Below, one piece after another: positions 58,370-64,000 of a stretch of 64,000 bases of DNA. The notes beneath the pieces were generated by a model. That model was given only the letters and a program-made list of their open reading frames with translations, ran no database searches and was not told the DNA's origin. Source of the DNA: Iphione sp. A-MEVVRFRX5 (taxonomy: Eukaryota). The stretch is from NCBI GenBank assembly GCA_976226885.1, contig OZ320316.1, positions 102,796,001 to 102,860,000 of the forward strand, written 5' to 3'. A program made the translations under genes and the position numbers. The first letter of the stretch is position 1, and every line of letters starts with the position of its first letter.

Positions 58370-58838
58370 CAGCAAAACCTCATTACTGGGACACCCATAT
58401 TTCCCACTGAAAATTGTCTCCATTTAGGAGGTGTCCCCAATCCTGGACAGTACTATGTATAGCCCAAAAAAAGAACCTTTTCCGTATGATAGTGTCTCCA
58501 GTCAAGAGGTGTCCCCTATCTTGAGTGTCGCCAGTTCTGAGGTTCTAAGGTAAATATATATGCATATGTGCGCGCAACTACCCTGTACTCAACTAAAATG
58601 ATAAACATTTACATACAGTCGTGCCTTGGTCTAGAGATCCCACCCATGTCTGTGGATTTTGTCATAATTCGGTAGAAGATCGGTATCTGGCTGCCCTAGA
58701 AGAAGGGCCACTTCTTTATTTGTTACAGATTTTGCAGCACCCAAGCCTTTTTATTTCTAGTTTGTTTATCACTCAGAACTTTGAGACTCCTCCTAAATGG
58801 GGCACATTTCACTGAGAACCCTAAATGAGGTTTTACTG
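58370..58838. mobile_element. Tc1/mariner (pogo/Tigger-like) MITE, ~470 bp
   Basis: TA|CAGCAAAACCTCATT ... AATGAGGTTTTACTG|TA; near-perfect 15-bp TIR with TA TSD. Confidence 0.75.
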
Positions 58839-59454
58839 TAAATGTGTAATGAATAATGGGTAAGCAACGTCATATCTAAACGATATATCCTAACTTACAG
58901 TTGGTTCCGTCGTATTTCCTCAGTATAATTCGCCATCACATTCATAAAGTCTCTATTATTAAGGATATTATTGCATGTTCTCGTAAAATTCACACATTAC
59001 CATCATATAAATACATGTACATTTACGCGCCAACTTCCTAGTGCGATCTGCTTCACGGACGCAAGACGCGTGCGGTAGTCACGTGGTGCTGCCACCACAG
59101 CGACCACTAGCTCCATCTATAGAGTAGCGGTCCAAACAATAAGGCACGTGACTGGGCATTAGGCCGGTAGGGGCGCTGATACCGGCGTGAGAGGTGAGAG
59201 GAACACGTACCTATTAAGGAGGCAGTGCTTTGCGTGGTGGCACTGCTTGGAAATATATGGGAAGCTTTCTCATATCGACCTCTTATTGATGTCCAATAGG
59301 CACTACCGTGCAAATATGACAAACAGTTTTATTTACCCATCTACGTACGTTTTCCATTATCTCATAGGGATCATCAGGTTCAGGATCTTTTCAATGTACA
59401 TTATGTACAGGTGTCGGTTTATTACGTGCTAGCAATGAGTATCATATGGAACAA

Positions 59455-60815
59455 TGCATGTAGACAGTCGACATTACCCGCTACCCACCAACATCCACCA
59501 TCAGCAATATCAGTCACCACTACCAGCCTACCTCCAACCACCACCGCAGTCAGTCATCCACCCACAATTACCACCTACCACTCACCAACACCACCACTGC
59601 CACCTACTTCCACCACTGCCATCAGTCATCCACCCACCCACCACCACCACCACCACTTACCACCTACCACTCATCAACACCACCACTACCTCCCACCTAC
59701 CACCCACTCACCACCGCCACCTGCCTACCTCCAACCACGACCGCCATCAGTCATCCACCCACCATTACCACCTACCACTCACCAACACCACCACTGCCAC
59801 CTACTTCCACATGTAGACAGTCGACATTACCCGCTACCCACCAACATCCACCATCAGCAATATCAGTCACCAGCACCAGCCTACCTCCAACCACCACTGC
59901 CAGCAGTCATCTACCCACCATTACCACCTACTATTCACCAACAACACCACTGCCACCTACTTCCACCACTGCCTTCAGTCATCCATCCACCCACCCACCA
60001 CCACCACCACCTCCCACCTACCACTCACCAACACCACCACTACCTACCACCTACCACCCACTCACCACCACCAGCCTACCTCCAACCACCACCACCGTCA
60101 GTCATCCACCCACAATTACCACCATTACCACCACCTACCTTTCACCAACACCACCATTGCCACCTACTTCCACTACCGTCACCAGCACCACCACCCTACC
60201 ACCACCATAACCACTGCCACCTACCTTCCACTGCCACCACTACCTACCACCTACCACCACCAGCCTACCTCCAACCACCACCACCGTCAGTCATCAACAC
60301 CACCATTACCTACCACCTACCACCCACTCACCACCAGCCTACCTCCAACCACAACTGCCGTCAGTCATCCACCCACCATTCCCACTATCACTACCACCTT
60401 CCACTCACCAACACCACCACTTCCACCTACTTCCACCACCGTCACCAGCACCACCACCCCACCACCACCATAACCACTGCCACCTACCTTCCACTGCCAC
60501 CACTACCTACCACCACCAGCCTACCTCCAACCACCACCACCGTCAGTCATTGACCCACCATTACCACCACCTACTATTCACCAACACCACCACTGCCACC
60601 TACTTTCACCACTCTCACCAGCACCACCACCCCACCACCACCATAACCACTGCCACCTACCTTCTGCCACCACTACCTACCACCTACCACCGACTCACCA
60701 CCACCACTGCCACCTACTGCCACCTTCCTCCTCCTCCTCCTCCTCTACCACCTACCACTTACCACCCACCTCCAGTCGCCTCCACCCACCACTAACCCAC
60801 AGAGTAAGTTAAACA
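59455..60815. repeat. (ACC)n-derived compound minisatellite with ~350-bp higher-order duplication
   Basis: ATGTAGACAGTCGACATTACCCGCTACCCACCAACATCC at ~59458 and ~59811; the rest is ACC/CCA variants. Confidence 0.9.
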
Positions 60816-61239
60816 CTTATCCCTCCGATGTTGGTGTGCTTGTCATCATACTTGCATGGTCTTCTCATTTTTCTGGATTACGCCTTGACAACGGAGTATT
60901 GGTGCTATTAATACAAACTAGAAGAGAGTACCTAACGCACAAACCTGTGCAGCTGCTCACAGATAATGTCTTCAGCAGGAGGTGGCCTGAGGACATGACC
61001 CAGAGCCCCGCTCTATCATTTCCGGTGTATTTGGGCGTCTGTCTTCGTTACGCTTTCCCCGACTCATCACAGTTAGATCAGCTAATTCCCGCTTCCTCTC
61101 GCGGATTCTCGTTATGAACGTTATTCATTGAGCCACGAGAATCTGCCACGGTAATGAAATCATTATCAGGGCTGCATAGATTCGGAGCGTTGCCGGGGAG
61201 ATAGTCTTTACTTTCGCAACCCCCTTCCCCCAAGTATTT

Positions 61240-61370
61240 NNNNNNNNNNNNNNNNNNNNNNNNNNNNNNNNNNNNNNNNNNNNNNNNNNNNNNNNNNNNN
61301 NNNNNNNNNNNNNNNNNNNNNNNNNNNNNNNNNNNNNNNNNNNNNNNNNNNNNNNNNNNNNNNNNNNNNN
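61240..61370. other. Assembly gap (N run)
   Basis: Run of N. Confidence 1.
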
Positions 61371-63019
61371 TTACGTTTAACCATCCTCTCTTTCTCATCA
61401 TTTCCCCTATCAGTGATTCACGTGGTATTTTTATTATCTTCTAACCTTACCTCCAGACACGTTTTACCGCTCTATATTCGGCCTAATCCTGAGTATAGAA
61501 ACTTTCCTATTTTTACTTACGTTACGTGATTTTTGGCGGTGGCCTCCTCACATGTCGTGGCTGGACCATTTTCTTGACTCCTCTCTCGATTTCTTCTTTC
61601 CTGGTCGCTCCTCCTCATATGACCCGATCTCCGTCTCGTCCATGTTCAGTTCTCTTTTTGTTGCCTTGCCTTTTTGTCTCGGAGCATCGAAATCCATTTC
61701 GTACAACTTCCCACAGCATTATTTAGAAGATGTCAAGTATAGAATTACAGGAGATATTCAGTATATTTCTGTGGGTGCAATGTGATTCCTGTGCTATTGC
61801 GAACTGGGGAAGGGTACTCTGTTAACTCGATTGAGTCCAATACAGGACAACTTAAAAAGGTCACTTAAAAAGGCGTTTCACATCCTGCTGCATTCACAGT
61901 CATCATGCTGTGTGTTCAGTATGACTGTGTTAAATGTAAAAGAATTAAAACCAAGTTAATGCGAAATGAATTTTGAAACCATCTAATTTGTACGAAAATG
62001 CTAATTGTTCATGTAAGTTATGAATATACATGTAGATGGGAATATAGATATTTTTCGTTTGAATCATATCATGTGGCATTGGAACTGTACTATGTGACAG
62101 ATCGTGTAATGTTTATACATGTATTACACCATATGATAGGACTTTATTGGATCCATTAAGCAGAATGTATAAGGAGTTTTGGGACTAACATCAGCCTTAC
62201 TTCTCGTGTGTACACTACTGCTACATGTATATCTCCGGTACAGGCTCTATCAATATCTTATGTGTTTATGTTGTTTTAATGAAGTTTACGACTAATTACT
62301 GCTCTTATCAGGTTGGCTGTGATGTTTACTCGTATTGCCATGATCCGGAAAGCTTCTAATTATTCTGTTATCAGCTTTATCTTCTGCTTTAGTGCGGCCT
62401 TCTACTTGTTATCTCTGGTGTCAGCTTTATCACAATGTGTACTCATCTTGTCAGGTCCAGTAATGATATTTACCCGTATCTGTGGTATAATTGACTGATC
62501 GCATAAAACCTTGTAATGCTTTTACAATGCCCTTTTACCATTTGCTCAAATGAGAGTGATTGTCATAGGCTCAATTTGAAAATATGTCATCGGTGATGGC
62601 TATTTTAGTGTTGCTATGCTCATAACGGAACATCACTAGGAAATATGCAATGGGCCAATCACATGTACTCAGGATCATCCAGGTGTAAGTCTTTTCCCAT
62701 TGTGCCAATCCAACATTTAGTCCGATGCCAGTCAATATGGCTGATGTACGAAATGGTCGTGTTTAAATGGCCAGGGTGATCAGTTAATATGTCCTGTAGT
62801 GGTTAGGGTTAGGGTTAAGGATAGGATTAGGGTTAGGGTTAGCCATATATACAGAAAAATACTAGCCATAAATGACTATGGACAGCCATACAGGTTGTCG
62901 GCCATTAAAACGGCCAGCCATTGTGACCGACATTCCATTTAGTCTACTCATTCAGAGTAGACTGAATAAGATATATATTACCGAAAATTCAGGCTAACTC
63001 AGGAGGAGGATGGAATAGG

Positions 63020-63225
63020 GATGTTTGATGAGCAACTCATTGGTGGGCAAACACACACCCGCACACCCATAGAAGCTCACATGCAAAACGATGATGAGCA
63101 ACTCAATATTGGGCAAATACGCTCACACTCACACCCATAGAAACTCACATGCACACACAGATGATGAACAGCACATTGCTGGGCAAATACACACGTACAT
63201 CCATAGAAACCCACATGCACACAGA
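63020..63225. repeat. Diverged short tandem repeat, about 3 units
   Basis: GATGA(G/A)CA...TGGGCAAA...CCATAGAA..CACATGCA recurs three times at roughly 65-70-bp spacing. Confidence 0.7.
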
Positions 63226-64000
63226 TGAGCGCCTGCCACCTTGTCTAATAGACTTGTAGCACATCAGTCGCCACGGAGATCATGGCGCCACGTTGGCGTG
63301 ACACTCCGTTAATCCCCGCCAGGTTTTGCCACTCGTTGATGGCCCAGTCTAAAACCATCCCTCAGCTCAACTTAGGGACCGCCAGTCGCAGCGCTTTCTC
63401 CACCCGATCTTGGAAATTGGATGGTAGACAGGAAAACGTAATGGGCTTGAAATGTTAATTTTACATTAGAGCATATTTATCTTGTATTGGGGAGGTGGGT
63501 GACGTTTATTTGATATTTGGGAAATGGGTAGAAAAATTACGGGTGCGGTTATTCAGGGAAGCATTTTGTAAATGTGTTCCACTTAACATGTTACGCTAAG
63601 AATATTGTTTGATATTTCAGGAAATGTACTACAGTTAAATTACGTAGTGGAGAAATCATCAGATAATATTTGAACCTACATGTATTATTTATGGAATAAG
63701 GCCAACATTTCTATGATAAACAGGAGGTGGGCATAAAGGACAGATTAGATTTACACGGAGAGGAATTTATGAATGAAAAACCGTTTACGAATGAGATCAG
63801 CCCCAAAATATTTATGACAGTCAGGAAACGTGGGAGAAGTATATGGAAGGAGTCCGAGAAATGTTGACAAAATAATGGCTGTTTTCGGATAAAGTTGTGA
63901 AGCGGCCTTTATATGGACATTTCATCATGGATACTCACAGATGTTTATTTGATAGTTGGCTAGCAGAAGTAAAAACACTTCGGAGGGGGGGGGTCAGGTT

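Noticed and set aside
59411-60795. 380-aa Pro/His/Thr-rich ORF resembling an extensin or mucin
   Set aside because: Open in several frames because ACC-type repeats lack stops; no splice or domain support.
61540-61720. Charged short minus-strand frame (MDFDAPRQKGKATKRE...) and the nearby 61078-61240 frame
   Set aside because: Protein-like but unrecognised, without convincing splice boundaries, and adjacent to a gap.
62801-62842. TTAGGG telomere-like repeats
   Set aside because: Only a few imperfect interstitial units; such tracts are common inside invertebrate dispersed repeats.
62941-62963. 9-bp-stem hairpin AGTCTACTC-ATTCA-GAGTAGACT
   Set aside because: No downstream CTRR end or other Helitron hallmarks; single short palindrome.
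1-64000. rRNA, tRNA or other structured RNA genes
   Set aside because: No recognisable sequence found by eye; tRNAscan-SE/Infernal were not run.

Overview
Repeat-rich animal (probably marine invertebrate) genomic DNA with three assembly gaps and no recognisable host gene, RNA gene or CRISPR. The dominant feature is a complete, apparently young 21,078-bp Polinton/Maverick (adintovirus-like endogenous virus) at 34242-55319. It has AGTAGT...ACTACT termini, 65-bp perfect terminal inverted repeats and a perfect 6-bp target-site duplication (CTTCTT). It encodes an uninterrupted protein-primed PolB, packaging ATPase, chromodomain rve integrase, penton, basic core protein, double-jelly-roll major capsid protein and adenain-like protease. 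Unusual parts: (i) the polymerase ends in a NADAR (YbiA/DUF1768)-like domain; (ii) the polymerase appears to gain a ~250-aa N-terminal extension through four phase-0 introns, with a duplicated decoy acceptor; (iii) two divergently transcribed, intron-containing, apparently paralogous type I membrane proteins (Cys-rich/LRR-like head, mucin stalk, signalling-motif-rich tails); (iv) a spliced right-arm gene combining PC4-like domains with a CxxC-H-C motif. The flanks contain microsatellites, 64-bp and ~230-bp tandem arrays, several MITEs, a LINE remnant and an E-box/CLEAR cluster. All domain calls come from motif recognition by eye; no alignment or database search was run.
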